A stretch of 64,000 bases of DNA from an uncultured Gemmatimonadaceae bacterium. GTDB lineage: Bacteria; Gemmatimonadota; Gemmatimonadetes; Gemmatimonadales; Gemmatimonadaceae. The stretch spans positions 160,001 through 224,000 of the forward strand of contig CAWAGQ010000011.1 in the NCBI GenBank assembly GCA_963781585.1, in the 5' to 3' direction. A model generated the notes under the pieces. The model was not told the DNA's origin. It saw only the letters and a list, made by a program, of their open reading frames with translations, and made no database searches. Both the position numbers and the translations under genes were made by a program. Position 1 is the first letter of the stretch, and each line of letters opens with the position of its first letter. Below, one piece after another: positions 23,901 to 33,033 of the stretch.

Positions 23901-24120
23901 CTCCGCGGTGCTCACGTTGCCCGACCGTGTGGTGGGCTACATCAGGGCCCAGACCGGATCGAACATCGTCTTCGCGGCGCGCAACCTGCGCGTCTGGACG
24001 AATTTCACCGGCTACGACCCCGAGGCGAACTACGGCCTCAATCAGTCGGACGCGCAGAACGAGTTCCAGACTGCCGGCGCGCCGACGTACTACACGATCC
24101 GCGTCAACCTGAAGTACTGA
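20968..24120 (+). CDS. SusC/RagA-family TonB-linked outer-membrane transporter
   Basis: [72 protein letters not shown]; C-terminal Y. Confidence 0.94.
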   Translation: [1050 protein letters not shown]

Positions 24121-24142
24121 CCCCCTTCCGAGGACGATACTC

Positions 24143-25549
24143 ATGACCAGATCTGCATATCGCGCTCGTTGGGTGGCCAGTGCAATGGCCGCTTCCGTCG
24201 CTTTCGCGGCGGCCGCGTGCAACGTGAAAGACACCCTGCTCGAGCCACAGAACCCGGGGTTGATCGACGAGACGGCGGTGGGATCGCCGTCGGCGGCCCT
24301 GGCGCTGAAAGTCGGCGCCATTGGCCGACTCAAGCAGCTCGTAAACTGCGGGGGCGAGTGCATGTGGGAGGAAGGCGGGCATCTCGCCGACGAGTTCAAG
24401 AACTCCGATTTCCAGCCGGCCCGCCAGGACGTCGATCAGCGCACGATGACGACCAGCAACAACCTCCCGAGCTACGCCACTATCACCACCATCCGGGGAT
24501 ATATCAGTACCGCCATCGAAAAGATGCAGCAGTACCTGCCCGACGACCATGCCAACATCGCCGAGCTGTACATGGCGCTGGGATTCGTCGAGATGTCGAT
24601 GGCCGAGACGTACTGCAACGGTATTCCGCTCGGCAAGACGGTGGCCGGCGTGGTCGACTACTCCGACCCCGCGTTCACGCCGCTGACCAACGCCGAGGTG
24701 TACGCGATCGCCGCGACACATCTCGACAGCGCACTGACCTTGGTCGGGTCGGCGTCCGATGCGGCCAGCACCGACGTGCGCCGGGTCTCGCTGATCGTCA
24801 AGGCGAGGATCCTGGTCGACCTGAAGCAGTTCAGCGCGGCGGCGGCTCTCGTGTCAACCAGTGCGGTGCCGTCCACCTACCAGTACATGTGGACCAGCTC
24901 CACGGCCAGCAATGGCGACGATCTGGGAATCTGGAGCCTCAACAACTCCGTGGCCCGTATCACCGTGAGCGACAGCTTCGACATCATCAACGGAGAAGTC
25001 AACCTCATTCACAACGCGATCCCGTTCGTCTCGGCGAATGATCCGCGCGTACCGGTGATCCCCGGGAGCCAGGTCAACGTGGTGGCCGAAGACGGCGTCA
25101 CGCCGCTCTTCATCCAGCGCATCTGGCCCAATCGCGACGATCCGATTCCGATGGCGTCGGGAATCGATGCGCGGCTGATCGAGGCCGAGGCGAAGTTGAA
25201 CGGCAACGATATCGCGGGGATGATGACCATTCTGAACCAGCTGCGCGCCGATCGTCCCAAGATCGGCAACTACCAGCCGGGGACGATGGCTCCCCTCCCC
25301 ACGCCTTCCTCCCAGGACGCGGCCGTTTCGCTGTTCTTCCGCGAAAAGGCGTTCTGGACGTTCGGTCGCGGACAGCGGCTGGGCGACCTGCGCCGCCTGA
25401 TCCGGCAGTACGGCCGGCCGCAGGACCAGGTGTTCCCCACCGGGAACTACCTCAAGGGTGGCGTCTACGGCAGCGACGTGAATTTCCCGGTGCCCGACGG
25501 CGAGCTGGTCAACCCGAATTTCCACGGGTGTCTCGACCGGAACGCCTGA
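24143..25549 (+). CDS. SusD/RagB-family lipoprotein
   Basis: Lipobox AAAC; RLIEAEA, LNQLR, E.AF...GRGQRLGDLRR; follows SusC. Confidence 0.9.
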   Translation: MTRSAYRARWVASAMAASVAFAAAACNVKDTLLEPQNPGLIDETAVGSPSAALALKVGAIGRLKQLVNCGGECMWEEGGHLADEFKNSDFQPARQDVDQRTMTTSNNLPSYATITTIRGYISTAIEKMQQYLPDDHANIAELYMALGFVEMSMAETYCNGIPLGKTVAGVVDYSDPAFTPLTNAEVYAIAATHLDSALTLVGSASDAASTDVRRVSLIVKARILVDLKQFSAAAALVSTSAVPSTYQYMWTSSTASNGDDLGIWSLNNSVARITVSDSFDIINGEVNLIHNAIPFVSANDPRVPVIPGSQVNVVAEDGVTPLFIQRIWPNRDDPIPMASGIDARLIEAEAKLNGNDIAGMMTILNQLRADRPKIGNYQPGTMAPLPTPSSQDAAVSLFFREKAFWTFGRGQRLGDLRRLIRQYGRPQDQVFPTGNYLKGGVYGSDVNFPVPDGELVNPNFHGCLDRNA

Positions 25550-25568
25550 CGCATCGTGTCGTGCAACG

Positions 25569-25609
25569 CGCAGCCCGCGCCGGACCATCGGTGCGGGCTG
25601 CGTCATTTT
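25569..25609 (+). terminator. Hairpin/terminator after susD
   Basis: GCAGCCCGC...GCGGGCTGC stem followed by a short T run. Confidence 0.55.
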
Positions 25610-25677
25610 CCGGATGCAGGAAGGGTCGCGCAGCTGCGCGCCCCATGAGTTCATCGTTTACGCTCAGGAGTGGTCCA

Positions 25678-28593
25678 ATGTCCCGCGTTCTCCGGTGCCT
25701 CACGCTCACCGCCTCCCTGATCGCGGTGCCGGTCGCCGCCCAGCAGGGTGGCCCGCACGTCACTCCCGGGGTTTCGGCCCTGCCGCGCGTCCCCGAGAAG
25801 GACTATTCCCGGTGGGAAACGTTAGGCAGCGGCGCGCTCTCGCCCGACGGCCGCTGGGTGGCGTATGACTTCCGCCGGGTGGGCGGAGGGGGCGAGCTCC
25901 ACTACCGGGCCGTAGCCTCGGGCAGCCAGCAGGCCGGAACCGAACGGATCGTGCACAACGGATCCGGCCCCGCCTTCACCAGCAACAACCGCTGGCTGCT
26001 GTATACCGTGAACGGCGATACGACCGGCGGGGGCCGGGGAGGCGGCGGGGGTCGGGGTGGGCGGGGCGGTGGCGCCGCGGGCGGCCGTGCCGGGAACCGC
26101 AACAAGGTCGGTATCGTGGATCTCGGCTCGGGAACCACGACGATGCTCGAGGAAGTGCAGTCGTTCGACCTGAGCAATGACGGCGTACACGTGGCGCTCC
26201 GCCGCTATCCGCCGCAGGGAGGCGGCCGCGGTGCCGACCTCGTCGTCCGCGACCTCGAACACGCCACCGACGTCACGTTCGGAAACGTGGCCGATTTCGC
26301 GTGGAGCGATGACGGCGCGCTGCTCGCCATGATCATCGACGTACAGGGCAAGACCGGGAACGGCGTCCAGGTGCTCGACGCGTCGACCGGCACGCTGCGC
26401 GCGCTGGACGCCGGTGACATGCTGTACGCCGGCCTGCAGTGGCGGGACAAGAGCGACGATTTGGTCGCGTTGCGGAGCCGCGCCGACAGCGCCTTCGCCG
26501 ACACCAGCTATGTCGTCATCGCCTGGCGCGGAGTACACTCGGCAAACCCCGAGAAGCGCCTGTACGACTTCGCGAGCGACAATGCGTTTCCGGAGGGGAT
26601 GCGGGTGGCGGCGTATCGGGATCCCCAGTGGTCCGATGACGGCGCCACCCTGTTCTTCGGCATCGCACCGCGCGAGGTGAAGGTGCCGCCGCCGCCGCGC
26701 CGCGGCGGTGGGCCGATGCCCGCCCGCGTCGAGGTCTGGCACTGGAAGGATCTGCGCGAATACCACCAGCAGGATCGCCAGTCCGCCCAGGACCGGACGC
26801 GGACGCACCTGGTGGCGTGGCACCTGGCGTCGAACAAACTCGTCCGCCTGGCCGATGACTCGCTGGAGAACGTGCAGTTGTCCGCGCACCGCAATGCCGC
26901 GATGGCGTCCGACGAGGATCCGTACTTCATGGACGTGATTTCGGGTCGCGCCTACCGCGACGTCTATACGGTGAACGTCGCCACCGGCGAACGACACAAG
27001 GTCGTGACCAGGACGGCGTTCAACGCCGACCTCAGTCCCAGCGGCCGCTACCTGCTCTACGTGCAAGGCGGCCAGTGGTGGTCGCTCGACCTCACCTCGC
27101 AGGCCCGCACCAACCTCACCGGCAATATCCGGAGTGTCTTCGTCGACATGGAGGACGATCACCCGGTGCACGAACGCCGGCCGTACGGCCTCGCCGGATG
27201 GACGCCTGACGAGAAGGCGGCGCTGCTCTACGATCGCTTCGATGTCTGGCAGGTGAACGTCGACGGGACGCACCCGGTGCGGCTCACGCGCGGGAGCGAA
27301 GACTCCACCGTCTACCGGGTGGTGTCGCTGGACGAGGACCGGCCGGTCTTCGGCGGCCGAGGCGGAGGCGGCGGGGCGACGACCGTCGATCCCGCGAAGC
27401 CGATCATCCTGTCCGCCACCGGCGAGTGGAGCAAGAATAGCGGCTACGCCCGCCTCACGCCCGGTCAGCCGGTCGAACGGCTGATCTGGCTCGACAAGAG
27501 CGTCACCCGCCTCACGAAGGCGAAAGACGCGGACGAGTACCTGTTCCTCGAGCAGACGTACGAAGACTCGCCCGACTTCTTCACGAGCGCGGCGACGATG
27601 CACGACCCCCAGCAGATCTCCCACACCAACGCCTTCCAGAGCGACTATGCGTGGGGGAAGCAGGTGCTGATGAACTACCGCAATGGACACGGCGACCGGC
27701 TGCAGATGATGCTGACGTATCCGGCCGACTACCAACCCGGGAAGAAGTACCCGATGGTGGTCTACTACTATGAGAAGCTGTCGCAGGGCTTCCATCAGTA
27801 CGTGGTTCCCACCGATCGGGCCACCTACAACACTACGGTGTTCAGCCAGGAAGGGTATTTCGTATTGCGCCCCGACATCCGCTTCCGTCCGCGCGACGCC
27901 GGATTCTCGGGCCTCGACTGCGTGACCTCGGCGGTCAGGGCGGCCATTGCCGCCGTCCCGGACATCGACGCGAAACACGTGGGCAACATGGGCCACTCGT
28001 GGGGCGGGTATCAGTCGGCGTTCTACGCCGTGCACAACAAGGGCGTCTTTGCCGCCACCATCGCCGGCGCCCCGCTCACCGACTTCATCAGCATGTACGG
28101 CTATACCTCGTTCAACACTGGCGCGCCCGAGACCGGCCACTTCGAGACCGGACAGGAACGGATGCAGGTCTCGCTATGGCAGGATCCGATGGCCTACGTC
28201 CGCAACTCCACGGTGTTCGCCATCGACTCGCTCAAGACGCCGCTCCTGCTGGAGGAGGGTGACGCCGACGGCAACGTGAACTACTGGCAGTCGATGGAGC
28301 TGTACAACTTCGGACGGCGGCTCGGGAAGCAGGTGGTCTTCCTCATCTATAATGATGAGAACCACAGCCCTGCCCGTCCCGAGAGCCAGATGGACTACCA
28401 CCGCCGCCAGATCGAGTGGTTCGCCCACTTCCTCAAGGGCGAACCTGCCTCGGACTGGATCACGAATGGCGAGAGCTACCTCGCCCGGCAGAAGTTGTTG
28501 CGCGCCGCCGGAGCCAACGGCTCGGCGACCGCTGATGCGGCCGCTCCGGCGGGAGGGGGACGTGGGCGCGGCGGCGGGCCGCCGAATCCGTAG
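25678..28593 (+). CDS. Secreted S9 prolyl-oligopeptidase-family peptidase
   Basis: AGGAG RBS; signal peptide; beta-propeller repeats (SPDG, WSDDG); GHSWGG nucleophile, DGNV Asp, ENHS His. Confidence 0.92.
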   Translation: MSRVLRCLTLTASLIAVPVAAQQGGPHVTPGVSALPRVPEKDYSRWETLGSGALSPDGRWVAYDFRRVGGGGELHYRAVASGSQQAGTERIVHNGSGPAFTSNNRWLLYTVNGDTTGGGRGGGGGRGGRGGGAAGGRAGNRNKVGIVDLGSGTTTMLEEVQSFDLSNDGVHVALRRYPPQGGGRGADLVVRDLEHATDVTFGNVADFAWSDDGALLAMIIDVQGKTGNGVQVLDASTGTLRALDAGDMLYAGLQWRDKSDDLVALRSRADSAFADTSYVVIAWRGVHSANPEKRLYDFASDNAFPEGMRVAAYRDPQWSDDGATLFFGIAPREVKVPPPPRRGGGPMPARVEVWHWKDLREYHQQDRQSAQDRTRTHLVAWHLASNKLVRLADDSLENVQLSAHRNAAMASDEDPYFMDVISGRAYRDVYTVNVATGERHKVVTRTAFNADLSPSGRYLLYVQGGQWWSLDLTSQARTNLTGNIRSVFVDMEDDHPVHERRPYGLAGWTPDEKAALLYDRFDVWQVNVDGTHPVRLTRGSEDSTVYRVVSLDEDRPVFGGRGGGGGATTVDPAKPIILSATGEWSKNSGYARLTPGQPVERLIWLDKSVTRLTKAKDADEYLFLEQTYEDSPDFFTSAATMHDPQQISHTNAFQSDYAWGKQVLMNYRNGHGDRLQMMLTYPADYQPGKKYPMVVYYYEKLSQGFHQYVVPTDRATYNTTVFSQEGYFVLRPDIRFRPRDAGFSGLDCVTSAVRAAIAAVPDIDAKHVGNMGHSWGGYQSAFYAVHNKGVFAATIAGAPLTDFISMYGYTSFNTGAPETGHFETGQERMQVSLWQDPMAYVRNSTVFAIDSLKTPLLLEEGDADGNVNYWQSMELYNFGRRLGKQVVFLIYNDENHSPARPESQMDYHRRQIEWFAHFLKGEPASDWITNGESYLARQKLLRAAGANGSATADAAAPAGGGRGRGGGPPNP

Positions 28594-28642
28594 CCCGACG
28601 CTGGCGACGGGATCGGGACCGGCGCACCGCCGTTTCCCCGGA

Positions 28643-28681
28643 AACACGACGGGCCGAGCATCTTGCTCGGCCCGTCGTGTT
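28643..28681. terminator. 18-bp perfect inverted repeat between convergent genes
   Basis: AACACGACGGGCCGAGCA-TCT-TGCTCGGCCCGTCGTGTT. Confidence 0.7.
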
Positions 28682-28787
28682 CATCCGGGGCACCGCAAAC
28701 CTGGCCATTTGCTTCGGACCGTGTTCCCGTCTGCTGTGCAGACGACCCACATCCGTCCGATCCGTAGCCAGAGTTCTACAGGTTCAG

Positions 28788-29729
28788 CTACTTCTCCTGT
28801 ATGCAGCCGGCGTGATCGTAGCCCGACTTACTGTTGTAGGCCGCGTTCGACCAGTTGCCCTGAATCTTCCACTTGCTGCCATTCGCGAACGTTACCGATA
28901 AGGAGCCGAACGTCCACGCGCACTTGTCGGCGTTCTCCGCCCCGCTCCGGTCGTACCAGGCGTTGAGGTGCGGATCGGTAAGCGCTTCCGACAACTCGTG
29001 TCCCGCGACATTCGCGAGTGCCGAAAGACCCTGGCTGTGATTGAGCGTAGCGCTTGCTCCGGGGTCGCATCCCGGATCGCCGTCCAGGAGGAAGAAGAAC
29101 GCGAACTGCACTGTCTTTCCACCGCAGGTGCCGGCGCTGTGCCAGGCGCAGTAGCCGTTGCTGCCTCGCGGCAGATCCACGTACACCGGATAGTATCCAT
29201 CCGCCCGTGGACTCGAGATCAGGCTGCACACTTTGGCCAGCACAGTGCTGGTGCTCGGCGCCTTCTTGGGGCCTGCGGAATTGTCGATGATGGGCGTCGA
29301 GGTCGAGATGTCAGTGGTCACCTGCCCGCTGCCGTCCGTGTATTCAGTTGTCGTGTTGGCGTACTTCGATCCGCCGATCCCCGCGTAGAACAAGCTCATG
29401 CCCGAGATCTTGTCACCGGCAAAGCTGCTGTTGGTCCATGAACTGCCCCAGAAAATCGGAGTCACCGCGGCGCCGTGCATGACCGGGCCGCCATGATAGA
29501 CCATGTTGGCGGACGCCCGACCGTGCGATGCTTTCGCCGCCCGGGTCAGTCCGCGAATCAGGTGCAGGTGCGCCTCTGGTTCGCCCGGCCGTCCCTCGTC
29601 AGGCAGCGTCACACTCAGCGAGGGCTCCACCACCGTCCCGATGTTCGGCGCTGTCGGCGCAGCATCGGGATTGGTACAGGCGGCGACCACCAGCATCGTC
29701 GTCGCCGACATCCAGACCGCTCTCTTCAT
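28788..29729 (-). CDS. Lipoprotein with Phi-1/EXORDIUM-like domain
   Basis: GGAGGAG RBS; lipobox VAAC; YHGGPVM, CAWHS, HELSEALTDP..NAWY, ENADKC, IQGNWSN. Confidence 0.72.
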   Translation of the reverse strand: MKRAVWMSATTMLVVAACTNPDAAPTAPNIGTVVEPSLSVTLPDEGRPGEPEAHLHLIRGLTRAAKASHGRASANMVYHGGPVMHGAAVTPIFWGSSWTNSSFAGDKISGMSLFYAGIGGSKYANTTTEYTDGSGQVTTDISTSTPIIDNSAGPKKAPSTSTVLAKVCSLISSPRADGYYPVYVDLPRGSNGYCAWHSAGTCGGKTVQFAFFFLLDGDPGCDPGASATLNHSQGLSALANVAGHELSEALTDPHLNAWYDRSGAENADKCAWTFGSLSVTFANGSKWKIQGNWSNAAYNSKSGYDHAGCIQEK

Positions 29730-29800
29730 AAAACGGCTCCTCCAGGCGAAAAATGTGCTGCACGTAAACTCGTCCCGACCCTGAACCCGGCCCAAATGCA

Positions 29801-30592
29801 TCACCGCGTGCCGGTCCCGCTCAGCACGCGATCGATGATCCGCTGAAATGCTTCCACCGGCTGCACTCCCTCGAGCGGCACACCGTTCACCACGAAGCCC
29901 GGCGTTCCCGAGAATCCGAACCGCCTGGCCTCCTCCCGGTCCGCGTCGATCACCGCGCGCACCGCCGCGCTCCCCGCATCCCGCTTGGCGCGCGATAGAT
30001 CGGCACCCACCTTCTGCGCCGCCGCGTCGACGAACGCCGCACCCTGCGTCGCCAGCTGATCCTGGTGCTCGTACATCTCGTCGTAGAATCGCAGCGCTAT
30101 GTCCGGATTCTGGCGCACAATCGCCTCGAACATCAGCGCCGCCGGCATGGCATGCGGATGAAACTCCATCGGCATCTGCTTCACCACCAGCCGCACGTCG
30201 TCGCCGTACTGACGCATGACGTCCACGAGCACAGGCCGTGCCTCGCGACAGTAGGGACACTCGAAGTCCGTGTACTCGACGATCGTGACCCGGGCACGTT
30301 CACTGCCAAAGCCAATCCGGTGATCGAGAACCGGATGCAGGGGATGCTGGAACGCCGCCTCGACGCGCCGGGTCTCTTCGTCCGCCATCCGCGACTGACG
30401 CGTGGACTGTGTCGCGCGCGCCACACTGTCCAGCAGCACAACGAACTGCTCGGGGTGCGCCCGAATGGCATCGAGAACCACCTCGGGGTGTCGCACCAGC
30501 GTGTCGCGGATCTGGTCCGGTGACGGTGAGGCACAGGCCGCGGCGGTCAGGAAGGCTGCGATGGCGCCGCCCCGCAGGCGGGCGCCTAACAT
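29801..30592 (-). CDS. DsbA/thioredoxin-fold lipoprotein
   Basis: AAAC lipobox; EYTDFECPYC, HPHA, GTPGFVVNG. Confidence 0.88.
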   Translation of the reverse strand: MLGARLRGGAIAAFLTAAACASPSPDQIRDTLVRHPEVVLDAIRAHPEQFVVLLDSVARATQSTRQSRMADEETRRVEAAFQHPLHPVLDHRIGFGSERARVTIVEYTDFECPYCREARPVLVDVMRQYGDDVRLVVKQMPMEFHPHAMPAALMFEAIVRQNPDIALRFYDEMYEHQDQLATQGAAFVDAAAQKVGADLSRAKRDAGSAAVRAVIDADREEARRFGFSGTPGFVVNGVPLEGVQPVEAFQRIIDRVLSGTGTR

Positions 30593-30803
30593 GTCTCTTC
30601 GTCCACGCGCTGGAGTCTCCTGCCGCTGGTGCACCACGACCACCGGATGCCCCTCGTGTCCGTGCCGAAGCGATCGGGACACTCTAGGGCCCTCCGGCCA
30701 ATCGCGCAATTGTCGCGCGCGCGCATGGGGGGATGTCACCGCGCCCGGGCCACCTGGCGCACATCGCCGTGGTGTGCTCTCGACCTCCGACCCTCAGCCA
30801 AGA

Positions 30804-30882
30804 GCGATCCCGCGACCCGATGCCCGCAGCGCGATCCCGCGACCCGATGCCCGCAGCGCGATCCCGCGACCCGATGCCCGCA
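30804..30882. repeat. 27-bp tandem repeat x~3 (GCGATCCCGCGACCCGATGCCCGCAGC)
   Basis: Units start at 30804, 30831 and 30858 with no spacers. Confidence 0.92.
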
Positions 30883-31099
30883 CGGTCGCGACCGGTTCCC
30901 CCGCTGCCCGGTTCGCCCGCGCCCGCGACCGATCTCGTGAGCGTGGGGCCCGACCCGAAGGGGCACGCGCCGCCGCAGTGTCCGGCTCGTCGTGCCTCGC
31001 CAGACTCCGCGGCGCGAGCTCGTGACGGGAACGGGGCCGTCACCTGCACCGCTGATGTAACGCGCCTCCGGGCTCACTTGCCCCGGACAGACTCCCCAC

Positions 31100-31123
31100 T
31101 ACGTTTAGTTCGATCTAAACGTA
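31100..31123. promoter_or_regulatory. Probable operator palindrome TACGTTTAG-N6-CTAAACGTA
   Basis: Perfect 9-bp AT-rich inverted repeat 30 nt upstream of the regulator gene. Confidence 0.65.
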
Positions 31124-31153
31124 CGTAACTCTCCATTCCTAACCGGCCCACCT

Positions 31154-31636
31154 GTGTCTCCCCCCGCCGAGCGATTCACCGAGCAGATCGGCGTCATCCT
31201 CGAGAAGGAAGGACTCCCCCGCTGTGCAGGACGCCTCTTCGGCTGCCTCCTGATTGCCGAACGGGAAACGTCGCTCGACGACCTCGCCAGTTGCCTGGCC
31301 GTGAGCAAGGCCAGCGTGAGCATCAACGCCCGGCTCCTCGAACAGCACGGCGTGCTCGAGAAGGTCAGTCGCCCCGGCGACCGCCGCGACTACTATCGGA
31401 TCGCCGAAGACCTCTTCGAACGCATGATGGAACAACGCCTCGGCAAATGGACGCGTCTTCACGAAGCCGTCTCGGCCGCCCGGCGCACGCTGCCCGCCAG
31501 GAGTGAACTCGTGAGGCATCGGCTCGACGAGTTCGCCCACGGCTCCGAGCAGCTGATCCGCCTCATCCGCAAATCGATCGCCGCCTGGCGCAGGCAATCA
31601 CGCCGCCAGCGCCCCCTCCGCGCCGTGACACGCTGA
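31154..31636 (+). CDS. GbsR/MarR-family transcriptional regulator
   Basis: GLPR.AGRLFG.LL, SLDDLA..L.VSKASVS, PGDRRDYY. Confidence 0.88.
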   Translation: MSPPAERFTEQIGVILEKEGLPRCAGRLFGCLLIAERETSLDDLASCLAVSKASVSINARLLEQHGVLEKVSRPGDRRDYYRIAEDLFERMMEQRLGKWTRLHEAVSAARRTLPARSELVRHRLDEFAHGSEQLIRLIRKSIAAWRRQSRRQRPLRAVTR

Positions 31637-32967
31637 TGCGCATCTGCCTCGTCATCCGCGCTGCCGCGGTCGCGGGCGTGTTCATCGCCCGTCCTGGTGT
31701 CGGTCAGAGCCCCGGTCCCCGCGCCCTCTCGCTCGGCGATGCCGCCCGCCTCGCTGTCCGGCAAAGTGTCGATGCGGTCACCGCGCGGCTTCGCGTCGAC
31801 GAAGATGCAGCCAGGGCCCGGCAGGAACGCGCCGACCTGCTACCCGACCTCAGCGGAGCGTTCGGCGACGGCCAGCGGACCTACAACACCGCCTCGTTCG
31901 GGATTCCCTTCCCCGGCTTCGACCCCAACGGGCAGATCATCGGCCCGGTGCGGACAGTCGACGTGCGAGCCCGCGTCGTCATGAGCCTGTTCGATCCGGT
32001 CGCCCGCGGCGAGTACCGCCACGCCAACGCAACCACCAGTCAGGCCGAAGCGGAGGCCGCTTCGGCCGGTGAGCGCGTCGCCGCCATCGCCGCCGCGGCC
32101 TACATCCGGGTTCTCCACGCCCAGGCGCGGATGTTCGGCGCCACCATGGATTCTGCGACCGCCGACGAACTGCTCGCGATCGCGAAAGACCAACTCGCCG
32201 CCGGCATTGGCGTGGCACTCGATGTCACCCGCGCCCAGACCCAGGCCGCCGAGTTTCGCCTGCGCCTCATCTCCGTGCGCAACGAGCGCGATCGCGCCCG
32301 GCTGGACCTGCTCCGCGCGGTCGGGCTCCCGCTCGACGCCGACGTCGCCCTGACCGATTCGTTAGGCGCGCCGCTGCCCGGAGAGAGCGCGCCGGGTGAC
32401 TCGACGGCGGTCGCAAGGGCGCTGGAGCGCCGCCCGGTCATACGCGCCGCCGCGGCGGCCGTTGAAGCGGCACGCCGCGACCGCGCCACCGACCGGGCGT
32501 ACCGGCTCCCCTCGATTGCCGCCTTCGCCGACAAGGGAGTCACCAGCAATGCCTACGGCAATCTGCTCGGCACCTACAACTACGGCGTCCAGCTCTCGGT
32601 GCCGGTCTTCGACGGATTCAAGACCCGCGCACGGGTCCAGGAAGCGGATGCCGTCCTGGAGGCCGCCGAAGCGCGGGAACGCGACGTGCGCCAGCAGGTA
32701 ACGCTGGAGGTGCGACGCGCCCTCGTGGACCAGGAGGCGGCGCGGCAACAGGTGAGCGCGGCACAGGAACACCTCCAGCTCGCGCAGCAGGAACTCGATC
32801 AGGCCCGCGAGCGTTTCCGCGTCGGCATTGCCGGGAACGCCGACGTGATCAGCGCGCAGCTCGCTCTCGGGTCGTCACGCGGCGCGCTGGCCGACGCCCT
32901 GGCCGCACACCTGAATGCCCGCGTCGCCCTCGCGGCGGCTGAGGGCGAACTCACCACGCTACCGTAA
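31636..32967 (+). CDS. TolC-family outer-membrane efflux protein
   Basis: LSL.DA, two OEP repeats (LLPDLS, RLPSI, SVPVFDG, RFRVG). Confidence 0.88.
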   Translation: MRICLVIRAAAVAGVFIARPGVGQSPGPRALSLGDAARLAVRQSVDAVTARLRVDEDAARARQERADLLPDLSGAFGDGQRTYNTASFGIPFPGFDPNGQIIGPVRTVDVRARVVMSLFDPVARGEYRHANATTSQAEAEAASAGERVAAIAAAAYIRVLHAQARMFGATMDSATADELLAIAKDQLAAGIGVALDVTRAQTQAAEFRLRLISVRNERDRARLDLLRAVGLPLDADVALTDSLGAPLPGESAPGDSTAVARALERRPVIRAAAAAVEAARRDRATDRAYRLPSIAAFADKGVTSNAYGNLLGTYNYGVQLSVPVFDGFKTRARVQEADAVLEAAEARERDVRQQVTLEVRRALVDQEAARQQVSAAQEHLQLAQQELDQARERFRVGIAGNADVISAQLALGSSRGALADALAAHLNARVALAAAEGELTTLP

Positions 32968-33033
32968 CGCACGCCATTCCCGGTGCGCGGCGCACCAAAC
33001 CGGAAGCCCGTCCAGCACCCGTCCCCGCCATCC

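Noticed and set aside
30804..30882. 27-bp repeats as a CRISPR array
   Set aside because: Units are directly adjacent with no spacers, and no cas genes are in the window.
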